DNA of 32,000 nucleotides from Pseudonocardiaceae bacterium (GCA_050699515.1 JBOHFF010000071.1:48967-80966); one strand, 5' to 3'. Shown: positions 17,065-26,303, numbered from the stretch's first letter. The notes: a model not told the origin generated them from the sequence alone. Program-made: numbers and translations.

Positions 17065-20000
17065 GCAGACGCGCAATGCCATCGATAACGCCACCCAAAG
17101 GGCCCGGAGGCTGCTGGAAGAAGACTTCGCGGCGCAACTCGAGGGTGACTTCGACGTGCTGCGCAGCGGTGCGGTGGCCGACGTCGCCGGAGGACATCTC
17201 ACACCGCGACAGGTCTTCCACCGAGAGAAGATCGTCGCCACGCTGAACCATAAGTGCGCTGCGGGGATGACTGTGGCCGAGGCGGTCGCGGACTACATCC
17301 GCGACGCCGCGTTCACCACGCTGAACCGCTTCGCTGCATTGAAGATGCTCGAGGCTCGCGGCCTGGTGCTGCAATGCGTGAGCAAAGGCGAGGCCTCCGC
17401 TGGCTACAGCGAATTCTGCGGGCTCGCGCCGAGCCTGCCGCTGCTGCCCCACAGCGCCGGCTACCGCCTGTACATCGAGTCGCTGTTCGACGAGCTGTCC
17501 ACCGAGGTGAAGGTGCTGTTCGACCGGCGCGACCCGGCGTCGGTGCTGTGGCCCAGACGCGCCGCGTTCGACGAGCTGCTCGACATTCTCAACGCACCCG
17601 GCCTAGCCGGCATCTGGGGCGAGGACGAAACGATCGGCTGGTTCTACCAGTACTTCAACAGCGGTGACGAACGCCGGAAGATGCGCGAAAGCCAGGTGCC
17701 ACGCAACAGCCGCGAACTGGCCATCCGCAACCAGTTCTTCACTCCCCGGTACGTCGTGGAGTTCCTCACCGACAACACGCTGGGGCGCATCTGGTATGAG
17801 ATGCGCGAAACCAAGACGGCGCTGGCGGACCAGTGCGAGTACATAGTGCGCAGGCCCGATGAGGAGTTCGCCCCTCGGCCGAAGAAAGATCCGCGGGACA
17901 TCCGGGTGCTGGATCCGGCGTGCGGCAGTGGACACTTCCTGCTGTACGCGTTCGACCTGCTCATCACGATGTACGAGGAGGCGCACGCCGACCCGGAGAG
18001 CCCGGCAAGCGAAGCGACCGGTCGGACCCTCGCAGAGGATTACCCGAGCCTGGACGAACTGCGGCGAGCGATTCCTGGTCTTGTGCTCGCGCACAACCTC
18101 TACGGCGTCGACATCGATCCGAGATGCGCACAGATCGCCCAACTGGCACTGTGGATTCGGACCCAGCGAGCGTACCGGGACTTCGGCATCCGCCGTGACC
18201 AGCGTCCACAAATCCGGCGCTCGAACATCGTCATTGCGGAGCCGCTAGTCGCTGATGGCCGGGTCGCGGCTGACTTCCTGGCACGTCTAGATGATGACGA
18301 GCTCAAGCAGGTCTTCAAGGATCTGGTTGATGTGCTAGCCCTAGCAGGCGACCTGGGGCTGCTGCTTCGGCTGGAGTCGCGCGGGACACGGCCGTTGGCG
18401 CGTGGATATGAATGGGACCTCTTCACACCGACGGACGACCGCCTGCGCGGGGCGCTGGTCCGGTTTGCTGCGGACGAGAGTGGCGCGGCAAATATGCGGC
18501 GACGTCTCTTTGTGAATGACGCCATGCATGGCATGGGGCTTATCGCCCTGGCAAGCCGGAAGTATGATGCTGTGCTGATGAACCCTCCGTTTGGTGACTT
18601 TGCGTCTGATGTTCAACAGTTTGCCAAGGAGCAATACTCACATGGGCGAAATGACATTTATACCGCCATGGTGCTGCGGGGGCGCGAACTCCTACTTGAC
18701 AGTGGTCGAATTGGCGTAATTACATCGAGTTCATTTATGCTCGGGCGGGACCACCGTCGTTTTCGGCAGGCCATTTTGAACCTGTCAGGACCACGAGTTT
18801 CACTTCTTCTCAATCTTGGTTGCGGTGTCCTCGATCAAGCGATGGTAGAGACGACTGCGTACGTTTTGATGTCTAATGTCGAGAATATTGCTATTACGTC
18901 TGTTGCCAGTGTCAAGGAAATTGAAGCCGCGACCAAGGATGCTTGTCGACGTTGGAGTACATGGCGAATTTTCGCACATTCATACTTTGCAGCAATGCCA
19001 ATGATGCAGTTTATCTATGGTATCGATGTGGAGGTTGGTAGTCAGCTTGATGATAGAACAATCTCACTTGACCCAAGCTTTGGTCGGGTAACTAAAGGGC
19101 TTTCTACGCCTGACAATTTTAGGTACATCCGCCTCCGCTGGGAGCTCGCACCAGATGCGCTTGAGCTGGGCTGGCAGCTGTGCGCGAAGGGGGGTGAGTA
19201 CGCGTGGTTCTCGGGGGACCTGCATCTGTTAGTTAACCGGGTTGCGTCGGGAAAGGAAATGGCAGCCTCGTCTGAGCCTGCAGGCGGGAATGTTGCGCGA
19301 ACGAGGCAGTCGTCGACATATTATGGCCGTGCGGCTGTAACCTGGTCACGTCGAAGCCAAAAGGGGTTCAGTGTCCGAAGGCTCCGCAAGGGAGCATGTT
19401 TCCTAGACAAGAGCGGCGTCATTGTGCCTAAGGAGGAGGGTGAAGAAGATTTGCTACCCGCGATCATGGCGGCGCTCGCAACAAATAAATACCAGTCTCT
19501 GATCCGCGTCCAGTCGCGATTTGGGGCATATGAAACGGGGATGGTTGGCCTTCTGCCAGCGCCCGCGGCACTTCTCCAGGCGTCGTGCGACTGGGGGATG
19601 ATTGCCGAGGTTGTCGATGAATTCGAGAGTCATTTCGAAACCAATCAGATATTTTCATCACCCCCACCCCCGAATTGGAATCCCGTAGTCTCGTTGGATT
19701 CTGCATTCAATACACTTGCCGACAATCTTCAAAGCTGCGGATATGAGCTCGACGAGACGGTTAGACGCAACGAGGTCTCCCGCCTTGAGGCATTGCGCGA
19801 GCAATACGGCTACCAAAACGCTTGGCTATCGTTCCTCTTTGGAGTGGCGATTGGGCGGTGGGACAAGAGATTACTGTCTGGCGATCGGACTCTTCGGAGG
19901 CGCCCCGGATTGTTTGACGATCTTGGCATTTGCGCACCTGCTGAGAACGTCCATGACGCAGCTGGGCCACCTGTGTCGAACACTGGTGTGGTAACGGATG

Positions 20001-20857
20001 ATGACGGCACGCCTGATAATGTTCTCGCTTCGGTTGTTAGAGCAGCAGAAACTGTGCTTGAGGCCGGGTTGGCCGGGCCGTTGTTCCTAGACGTTCCTCA
20101 GCTCCGACGATGGTTTGCAACGGAGTTCTTTGACTACCATCTTCGGCGCTATTCACGTAGCCGACGTTCCGCGCCTGTGTACTGGCAGCTGGCAACATCA
20201 TCGGCTAGCTACTCGGTGTGGCTGTACATCCAGGCGTTCACCAGGGACACCTTGTTTCGCGTACAGAATGACTATGTTGTGCCGAAGCTCGAGCACGAGC
20301 AGCGCCGCCTGGAGACGATGCTCCGCGAGTTCGGCGAACGGACGACCGCTGCGGAGCGTCGCGGGCTCGCGGACCAGGAAGCATTCGTCGGCGAGCTGCG
20401 GGATTTCCTGGACGAAGTGAAGCGGGTAGCGCCGTTGTGGAACCCGAACCTCGACGACGGAGTGATTGTCAATTTCGCGCCGTTGTGGCGCCTGGTTCCG
20501 CAGCACAAGCCATGGCAGCGGGAGCTGAAGGCGACATGGGACGCGCTGTGCGAGGGCACATACGACTGGGCCCACCTCGCGATGCACCTGTGGCCGGAGC
20601 GGGTCGTCCCGGAGTGCGTGGTGGACCGGAGTCTCGCCATCGCGCACGATCTGGAGGAGGTGTTCTGGGTGCAGGGCGACGACGGCAAGTGGTCAGCGCG
20701 ACTGGCCCCTACCGTCCCGGTTGAGCAGCTGGTCCGGGAGCGGACATCCACCGCGGTCAAGTCCGCGCTGCGGAGCGTGCTCACTGCCCCGATCACGAAT
20801 GGGCGTGGGCGGCGTCGGCGTGGTGCGCCCGGTACCGGCAACGGCGGAGGTCGCTGA
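17057..20857 (+). CDS. pglX: BREX type-1 N6-adenine DNA methyltransferase PglX
   Basis: 1266 aa. SAM motif I VLDPACGSGHFLLYAFD (about 17905-17937). Catalytic motif IV NPPF (18581-18592). The N- and C-termini are typical of PglX. Confidence 0.95.
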   Translation: MDKQTRNAIDNATQRARRLLEEDFAAQLEGDFDVLRSGAVADVAGGHLTPRQVFHREKIVATLNHKCAAGMTVAEAVADYIRDAAFTTLNRFAALKMLEARGLVLQCVSKGEASAGYSEFCGLAPSLPLLPHSAGYRLYIESLFDELSTEVKVLFDRRDPASVLWPRRAAFDELLDILNAPGLAGIWGEDETIGWFYQYFNSGDERRKMRESQVPRNSRELAIRNQFFTPRYVVEFLTDNTLGRIWYEMRETKTALADQCEYIVRRPDEEFAPRPKKDPRDIRVLDPACGSGHFLLYAFDLLITMYEEAHADPESPASEATGRTLAEDYPSLDELRRAIPGLVLAHNLYGVDIDPRCAQIAQLALWIRTQRAYRDFGIRRDQRPQIRRSNIVIAEPLVADGRVAADFLARLDDDELKQVFKDLVDVLALAGDLGLLLRLESRGTRPLARGYEWDLFTPTDDRLRGALVRFAADESGAANMRRRLFVNDAMHGMGLIALASRKYDAVLMNPPFGDFASDVQQFAKEQYSHGRNDIYTAMVLRGRELLLDSGRIGVITSSSFMLGRDHRRFRQAILNLSGPRVSLLLNLGCGVLDQAMVETTAYVLMSNVENIAITSVASVKEIEAATKDACRRWSTWRIFAHSYFAAMPMMQFIYGIDVEVGSQLDDRTISLDPSFGRVTKGLSTPDNFRYIRLRWELAPDALELGWQLCAKGGEYAWFSGDLHLLVNRVASGKEMAASSEPAGGNVARTRQSSTYYGRAAVTWSRRSQKGFSVRRLRKGACFLDKSGVIVPKEEGEEDLLPAIMAALATNKYQSLIRVQSRFGAYETGMVGLLPAPAALLQASCDWGMIAEVVDEFESHFETNQIFSSPPPPNWNPVVSLDSAFNTLADNLQSCGYELDETVRRNEVSRLEALREQYGYQNAWLSFLFGVAIGRWDKRLLSGDRTLRRRPGLFDDLGICAPAENVHDAAGPPVSNTGVVTDDDGTPDNVLASVVRAAETVLEAGLAGPLFLDVPQLRRWFATEFFDYHLRRYSRSRRSAPVYWQLATSSASYSVWLYIQAFTRDTLFRVQNDYVVPKLEHEQRRLETMLREFGERTTAAERRGLADQEAFVGELRDFLDEVKRVAPLWNPNLDDGVIVNFAPLWRLVPQHKPWQRELKATWDALCEGTYDWAHLAMHLWPERVVPECVVDRSLAIAHDLEEVFWVQGDDGKWSARLAPTVPVEQLVRERTSTAVKSALRSVLTAPITNGRGRRRRGAPGTGNGGGR

Positions 20858-23415
20858 TGCACCCACTGCACGACTATGTGGCGAAGTGGCTCGCTGATGA
20901 GATCCGACGTCATTCGGTTGTCGTCTGGTACGACGAGCGGGCGGAGTTCGCACCGTTCATCGATGAGATCCGCGGCGGGCCGCGCACCGGCGACGAGGCG
21001 GTGCGGGTGACGGTGAACGACACGAGCGTCTGGCTCGCCGAGTACGCCGGCTCGATGTTCGAACTACGCGCGGCGGCCGAGCCGTACATCGGCGGCGACT
21101 CACCGGACCCCGTCGTCGTTTACCTCCCCGGCCGCGCGCGCGACCTGGACAGTTCAGTCCTGGCGGAGCTGGAGCAGGCGGGAACGGTCTTGACCCAGCG
21201 GCTTGTTGACGATACCGCTAGGCATCTCCTGCTGCGGAAGTACACCCTCGGCGTGGTCGATGCGATGCTCTCGCCCGGCCGAAGGCTCGCCTACGAGGAC
21301 ATCGCGCGGCTGGCGCGCAGTGACGGGCCGGAGCCACCGTCGGTCCTCAGGAGCGTCTTCCATGACGTCAAAGGAGCGGAAGCGGTGCTGGCCGCCTGGT
21401 TGGCGGACGACTCGCGCGACGCCGACATCAGCAGTAAGGCCGCCACCCCCGAATTGGTCGCCCTCATCCACAAGGCGCTCGGGCTTCAACCGCCCCGAGA
21501 AGCGTCGCTGTCGAAGCTGAGGGCGATAACTATCCGGTACGTGCTGGCGAACGAGTTCCGCATGGATCTGTCCTGCGACCCGCCAGCCGCGCTCGATGGC
21601 GTGCCGACGCCATCCGCGCCGGATGCCGAATCGGCGGTGCGGGAACTGGCGAAGGTTCTGCGGGCGGATCATCCGAAGGTGTATCCGACGCTGGCGGATC
21701 AGGTCGAGGCTGAGCTCGGTCTGCGTGATGTGACTTTGCCCGCAGGTTTCTTGGGGTCGATTGACACATTCCGTTTCGAGGAGCGGGAGCTCCTGCGTCA
21801 CTGCGGCGAGCTCATCGCTGAGGGCCGGTACGACGAAGCGCTCAGCGTGGTCACCCAACGCCAGCGCAGCTTCTGGCTCGACCTCGACGTTGGACGCAGG
21901 ACCCAATGGGAGGTGGTCCGCCGGATGGCCGAACTCGGCGGCCTGGCCGTCCGGGTGCGCGCCGAGGTGGCCAAGGCCAACGGTGACGCGCAGACCTGGC
22001 TCAGCAGATATACCTCCGCTCCTTACGAGTGGTACCGGATGGACCAGGCACAGCGGCGCCTCGAAGCGTTGGTAGCCACTCTCCACGACGACCCCGACGA
22101 GCGGCCGCTTGGTCTGGTGCGGCGAGTGTACGAGGACACCTGCCATCAGATGGCCGCCGGTTTCACCAGGGCGCTGGTCTCATCCGGCTGGACGGTTCCG
22201 GGGGCCCTGCACCAAACGCAGATCTACCGGGACGTCGTATCCGCGCAACCGAAGCCGGTCGCCTACTTCTTCGTCGACGCCATGCGGTACGAGATGGGTA
22301 TCGGATTGATGCAACTGCTGCCGGCGAGCTCCGAGGTGTCTGTCCGCCCCGCGATCGCCGCGTTGCCCAGCATCACGCCCATCGGCATGGCCGCGCTGCA
22401 ACCGGGCGCATCATCCAGCTTCTCCGTGCGCGAACAGGGCGGCAAGCTTGGCGCCCAGATCGAAGACGCGTTCCTCCCCGATCTCGCTGCGCGCAAGAAG
22501 TTCGCCGAGGCACGGATACCGAAGCTGGCCGACCTGGAACTTATCGAGCTGCTGAGCCTACAACCAGCCAGGCTGGCGAAGCGGATCAACGGTGCGCAGG
22601 TGGTTGTGGTCCGCTCACAGGAGATCGACCAGGTCGGTGAGGCCGGGTTCACCTACCATGCCAGGCAGGTTATGGACACCGTTATCGAGAATCTCGCTCG
22701 GGCAGTCCGCAAGCTCGCCGCGGCCGGTGTAGCGCACGCGGTGGTGACTGCCGACCACGGTCACCTGTTCTTCGCCGCCGACCGCGACGAGTCGATGCGA
22801 ACGGACTCGCCCGGAGGCAATACAGTCGACCTGCACCGGCGCTGCTGGATCGGTCGAGGCGGTGCGACCCCGCCGGGATGCGTGCGGGTCGCGGCATCCG
22901 CCCTCGGCTATGCGTCTGACCTGGAACTCGTGTTCCCCACCGGTACTGGCGTATTCCGGGCGGGGGGTGACCTCGCCTACCACCACGGCGGGCCATCGCT
23001 GCAAGAGCTCGTCGTGCCGGTCGTCACGATCCGCACCTCGGCGCACCAGGCCAAGCCGGTCACGGCTCCGGTCATATCCGTCAGTGACGTGCCGCAGACC
23101 ATCACGGTTCGGATCGTGCCGGCCACCGTGACCCTTGGCGACGACCAGCTGGTGCTCGGTGCGACCGGCATGGCTGTCCGGGCCGTGCTCGTCTCGAACG
23201 GCAGGCAGGTCGGGGCCGTTGGCATGGTACGCGACGCCGAGTTCGACGCTGAGACCGAGCAAATACGGTTGGAACCGGGCCAGCCAGCCGCGGTCGCGTT
23301 CGTGCTCAACGACGACACCATTGCGTCCCTGCGGATCGTGATACTCGACCCGGCCACCGACGCGGAGCTGTACCGGTCGCCAAAGGAAATCCCCATTCGG
23401 CTCGGTGTGCAATGA
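20857..23415 (+). CDS. pglZ: BREX alkaline-phosphatase-superfamily protein PglZ
   Basis: 852 aa. PglZ core motif AYFFVDAMRYEMG and TADHGHLF. The ATG shares one nt with the pglX stop (TGATG) and is preceded by GGCGGAGG. Confidence 0.95.
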   Translation: MHPLHDYVAKWLADEIRRHSVVVWYDERAEFAPFIDEIRGGPRTGDEAVRVTVNDTSVWLAEYAGSMFELRAAAEPYIGGDSPDPVVVYLPGRARDLDSSVLAELEQAGTVLTQRLVDDTARHLLLRKYTLGVVDAMLSPGRRLAYEDIARLARSDGPEPPSVLRSVFHDVKGAEAVLAAWLADDSRDADISSKAATPELVALIHKALGLQPPREASLSKLRAITIRYVLANEFRMDLSCDPPAALDGVPTPSAPDAESAVRELAKVLRADHPKVYPTLADQVEAELGLRDVTLPAGFLGSIDTFRFEERELLRHCGELIAEGRYDEALSVVTQRQRSFWLDLDVGRRTQWEVVRRMAELGGLAVRVRAEVAKANGDAQTWLSRYTSAPYEWYRMDQAQRRLEALVATLHDDPDERPLGLVRRVYEDTCHQMAAGFTRALVSSGWTVPGALHQTQIYRDVVSAQPKPVAYFFVDAMRYEMGIGLMQLLPASSEVSVRPAIAALPSITPIGMAALQPGASSSFSVREQGGKLGAQIEDAFLPDLAARKKFAEARIPKLADLELIELLSLQPARLAKRINGAQVVVVRSQEIDQVGEAGFTYHARQVMDTVIENLARAVRKLAAAGVAHAVVTADHGHLFFAADRDESMRTDSPGGNTVDLHRRCWIGRGGATPPGCVRVAASALGYASDLELVFPTGTGVFRAGGDLAYHHGGPSLQELVVPVVTIRTSAHQAKPVTAPVISVSDVPQTITVRIVPATVTLGDDQLVLGATGMAVRAVLVSNGRQVGAVGMVRDAEFDAETEQIRLEPGQPAAVAFVLNDDTIASLRIVILDPATDAELYRSPKEIPIRLGVQ

Positions 23416-25451
23416 GCGAGACTCCCGTACTCCGCGATCCCTTGGACGACAAGGTCAATCGGTTGTTCGCCGGGAAGGTCGTCCGCAAGGACCTGGTCCG
23501 TAAGGTGAAGGTCGGCGCGAACGTGCCGGTCTTCGTCCTTGAGTTCCTGCTCGGCAAGTACTGCGCCTCGTCCGACGAGCTCACCATCCAGATGGGGCTG
23601 CAGGTCGTCAACGACACCCTCGCGAACAACTACATCCGGGCCGACGAATCGACCAGGGCTCAGGCGATCGTCAAGGACTGCGGTCGCCACACATTCATCG
23701 ACAAGGTGAAGGTCCGCCTGGTCGACTCCGACTACTGGGCGGACGTGACAAACTTCGGGCACAAGCACGTACACATCCCAGAGCACTACATCCGCGACTA
23801 CGAGCGACTGGTCATGGGTGGTATCTGGGCTCAGGTTGACATGCGGTTCGCCTACGACGAGGAATCGCGTGGGAAGAACCCGTTCTGGATCGACCGGCTC
23901 ACCCCGATCCAGATCGCCACGTTCGACCTCGACGAGTACCGGAAGGTTCGCTGTGAGTTCACCACCGACGAGTGGCTCGACCTCATCGTGCGCAGCACCG
24001 GGTATGAGCCCAGCGAGATGTCACGCCGACTCAAGCTGCTGTTCCTGGTGCGGCTGATCCCGTTCGCCGAGCGGAACTACAACCTGGTGGAGCTTGGGCC
24101 CCGAGGAACCGGCAAGAGCTACGTCGTGCAAGAGGTTTCGCCGTACTCCGCGCTGCTGACCGGCGGCACGACGGTGGCGAACCTCTTCGGCCATCTGTCC
24201 GGACGCCAGAAGGGCATGGTGCAGATCTGGGACGTCGTCGGGTTCGACGAGGTGGCCGACTTGCAGAAGATGCCCAAAGAGGTCGTCACCACCATGAAGA
24301 CCTACTGCGAATCCGGTACCTTCCAACGCGGGCAGGAGGCGATGTCCGGCGACGCCAGTATCGCTATGTTCGGCAACACCAACCAGCCCATTGACGTGAT
24401 GGTCCAGACCGGTCACCTGTTCGCGCCGATGCCCGCCATCATCCGGGACGATATGGCCTTCATTGACCGCATCCACTTCTATCTCCCCGGCTGGGAAATC
24501 CCGAAGATGCGGAACGAGCTGTTCACCGATCATTACGGCTTCGTCGTCGACTACCTCGCCGAAGCGCTCCGCGAGATGCGTAAGCACAACTTCACCGAGC
24601 TCATCGATCGACACTTCTCGCTCGGCTCGCATCTCAACGCGCGTGACCGAAAAGCGGTGCGCAAGACAGTGTCCGGGCTGACGAAGATCCTGTACCCGCA
24701 TGGCGAGGTGACCGAGGAGGAGCTCGCCGAAATTCTTGAAATCGCGCTCGAAGGACGGCGTCGGGTGAAGGAGCAGCTCAAGAAGATGGGTTCCTTCGAG
24801 TACTACCACACATCGTTCAGCTACACATCGCAGGAGACGGGCGACGAGCAGTTCGTCGGGGTGCCGGAGCAGGGCGGACGTGATCTCATCTCGACGGATC
24901 CTTTGCCGCCGGGCACGGTCTACAGCGCCGGTGTGAACCACGACGGAACGGTTGGGCTTTACCGCATCGAAATTTCGCTCTCCGGTGGCACCGGAAAGCT
25001 GAAGCTGGCTGGTGGCGTGGTTGGTGCCACCAAAGAGTCGGTCCAGCGAGCGTTTAGCTACTTGCAGTCGACGAAGAACGAGCTTGCGGTAGCACAGGAG
25101 TTGAATTTCTCGGATCTCCACGTCGAGATCATCGACCTCCTAGGGAACCGGGTGGAGGCGGAGCTCGGTGTGGCGTTCTTCGTCGCCTGCTACTCGGCCC
25201 TCCGCAAGGTGCCGGCCAGCCCGGCGCTACTGGTCCTAGGAGACATGAGCGTGCAGGGGAACATCAAAGCGATGCGTTCACTGGTCGAGCCGCTACAAGT
25301 GGCCAAGGATAACGGCGCGAAGCGGGCACTGATTCCGATCGAGAACAAGCGAACTTTTCTTGAAGTTAGCGCAGAGATTGTGGAACACGTCGATCCAATC
25401 TTTTATGGAGATCCAAGAATGGCGGTTGCCAAAGTCCTTGGAGGATCATAG
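23412..25451 (+). CDS. brxL: BREX Lon-like protein BrxL
   Basis: 679 aa. The BrxL-type N-terminus is LFAGKVVRKDLVRKVKVGANVPVFVLEFLLGKYC. AAA+ Walker A GPRGTGKSY. C-terminal Lon-like domain LLVLGDMSVQGNIKAM. ATGA overlap with pglZ. Confidence 0.95.
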   Translation: MSETPVLRDPLDDKVNRLFAGKVVRKDLVRKVKVGANVPVFVLEFLLGKYCASSDELTIQMGLQVVNDTLANNYIRADESTRAQAIVKDCGRHTFIDKVKVRLVDSDYWADVTNFGHKHVHIPEHYIRDYERLVMGGIWAQVDMRFAYDEESRGKNPFWIDRLTPIQIATFDLDEYRKVRCEFTTDEWLDLIVRSTGYEPSEMSRRLKLLFLVRLIPFAERNYNLVELGPRGTGKSYVVQEVSPYSALLTGGTTVANLFGHLSGRQKGMVQIWDVVGFDEVADLQKMPKEVVTTMKTYCESGTFQRGQEAMSGDASIAMFGNTNQPIDVMVQTGHLFAPMPAIIRDDMAFIDRIHFYLPGWEIPKMRNELFTDHYGFVVDYLAEALREMRKHNFTELIDRHFSLGSHLNARDRKAVRKTVSGLTKILYPHGEVTEEELAEILEIALEGRRRVKEQLKKMGSFEYYHTSFSYTSQETGDEQFVGVPEQGGRDLISTDPLPPGTVYSAGVNHDGTVGLYRIEISLSGGTGKLKLAGGVVGATKESVQRAFSYLQSTKNELAVAQELNFSDLHVEIIDLLGNRVEAELGVAFFVACYSALRKVPASPALLVLGDMSVQGNIKAMRSLVEPLQVAKDNGAKRALIPIENKRTFLEVSAEIVEHVDPIFYGDPRMAVAKVLGGS

Positions 25452-25456
25452 CTTGG
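25447..25456. repeat. Right copy of the 10-bp direct repeat CATAGCTTGG (spans the brxL stop codon)
   Basis: Identical to 9359-9368. It sits at the start of an AT-rich stretch; 25441-25500 has 23/60 G+C by my count. Confidence 0.3.
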
Positions 25457-25603
25457 AATAATTCCGCTTCTCGACTAAAAATGGCAACCAAGACAATATT
25501 GGTCGCCCCGGCGAGCTTCCAAACGGTGCGCGCTCAGCTGTGACGGGTTCGGTCCCGAAAACCGCCGCCACACCGTGGGCCGAGCATGTCGGCATCCGCG
25601 CCG

Positions 25604-25631
25604 TCGGTGAGCACTGTCTCGGTGAGCACTG
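25604..25631. repeat. 13-nt direct repeat TCGGTGAGCACTG, two copies with 15-bp period
   Basis: Read directly at 25604-25616 and 25619-25631. It lies in the likely non-coding region upstream of the GIY-YIG-like gene. Confidence 0.85.
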
Positions 25632-25740
25632 CCGAGGGGTCAGAAGTGCCGAGACGTGCGGCGAAGCCGATCCGGTACGTGGGTGGCAGGGAGCGCGCCT
25701 CCCGTCACCCAGATCGTCTGCAACATGGGACTCGGCCAGA

Positions 25741-26262
25741 ATGAGTCACATGGACTGGAGTCGAGATGCATTAGTGAGGCGTGGTTTCACCGGTTTTGTC
25801 ACCTTCGCTGAGTTATCATCCGCCGATGTTCCGATCGGGCCGGGGGTCTACGTTGTGTTGCGACCTGTGAGCGTCGAGCCCACCTGGGTCGAGACCAGCC
25901 CGGCCGGGTGGTTCAAGGGCCGGGACCCTTCGGTCTCGGTAAGCGAGTTGCGGAGCGCCTGGATACCCAGCGCTGAGGTGCTCTATATCGGAAAGGCTGG
26001 CAACTTGCGCAGGCGCCTCGGTGAGTATCGTCGCCATGGTGCGGGACAGCGAGTCGGGCACTGGGGCGGCCGTTATATCTGGCAGCTTACCGACACTGAC
26101 CTGTTGCTCGTGGCCTGGCAGCTGACACCGGATCTCGATCCTGAGGACGTCGAGGGCCGGCTCATTGCTGAGTTCGGGACAAGCTACGGTCAGCGCCCGT
26201 TCGCCAATCGTAAAGTTGGGCGACTTTTCAATTCGGACAGCTCCGGAAGAAAGGCGCGCTAG
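25741..26262 (+). CDS. GIY-YIG-like nuclease-domain protein (atypical)
   Basis: Internal ATG of ORF 25540..26262. Motifs are GVYVV, then a 44-residue insert, then [17 protein letters not shown], then a later EGRLIAEF and ANRK. There are many A/T-ending codons compared with the neighbours. Confidence 0.6.
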   Translation: MSHMDWSRDALVRRGFTGFVTFAELSSADVPIGPGVYVVLRPVSVEPTWVETSPAGWFKGRDPSVSVSELRSAWIPSAEVLYIGKAGNLRRRLGEYRRHGAGQRVGHWGGRYIWQLTDTDLLLVAWQLTPDLDPEDVEGRLIAEFGTSYGQRPFANRKVGRLFNSDSSGRKAR

Positions 26263-26303
26263 CCGTTCAGAAGAGAGGGCGATCCTGATGCGCGTCGAGG
26301 CTC

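Noticed and set aside
25483-25507. Hairpin after brxL as a possible intrinsic terminator.
   Set aside because: The stem has a mismatch and is not followed by a T-tract. I left it uncalled and mention it only under the junction finding.
25540-25740. N-terminal extension of the GIY-YIG-like ORF (GTG at 25540).
   Set aside because: It contains the tandem repeat (GEHCLGEHC) and has no similarity to anything. The conserved part begins after the ATG at 25741. A 56-codon minus-strand frame here with fairly high GC3 might be another gene remnant, but I cannot support it.
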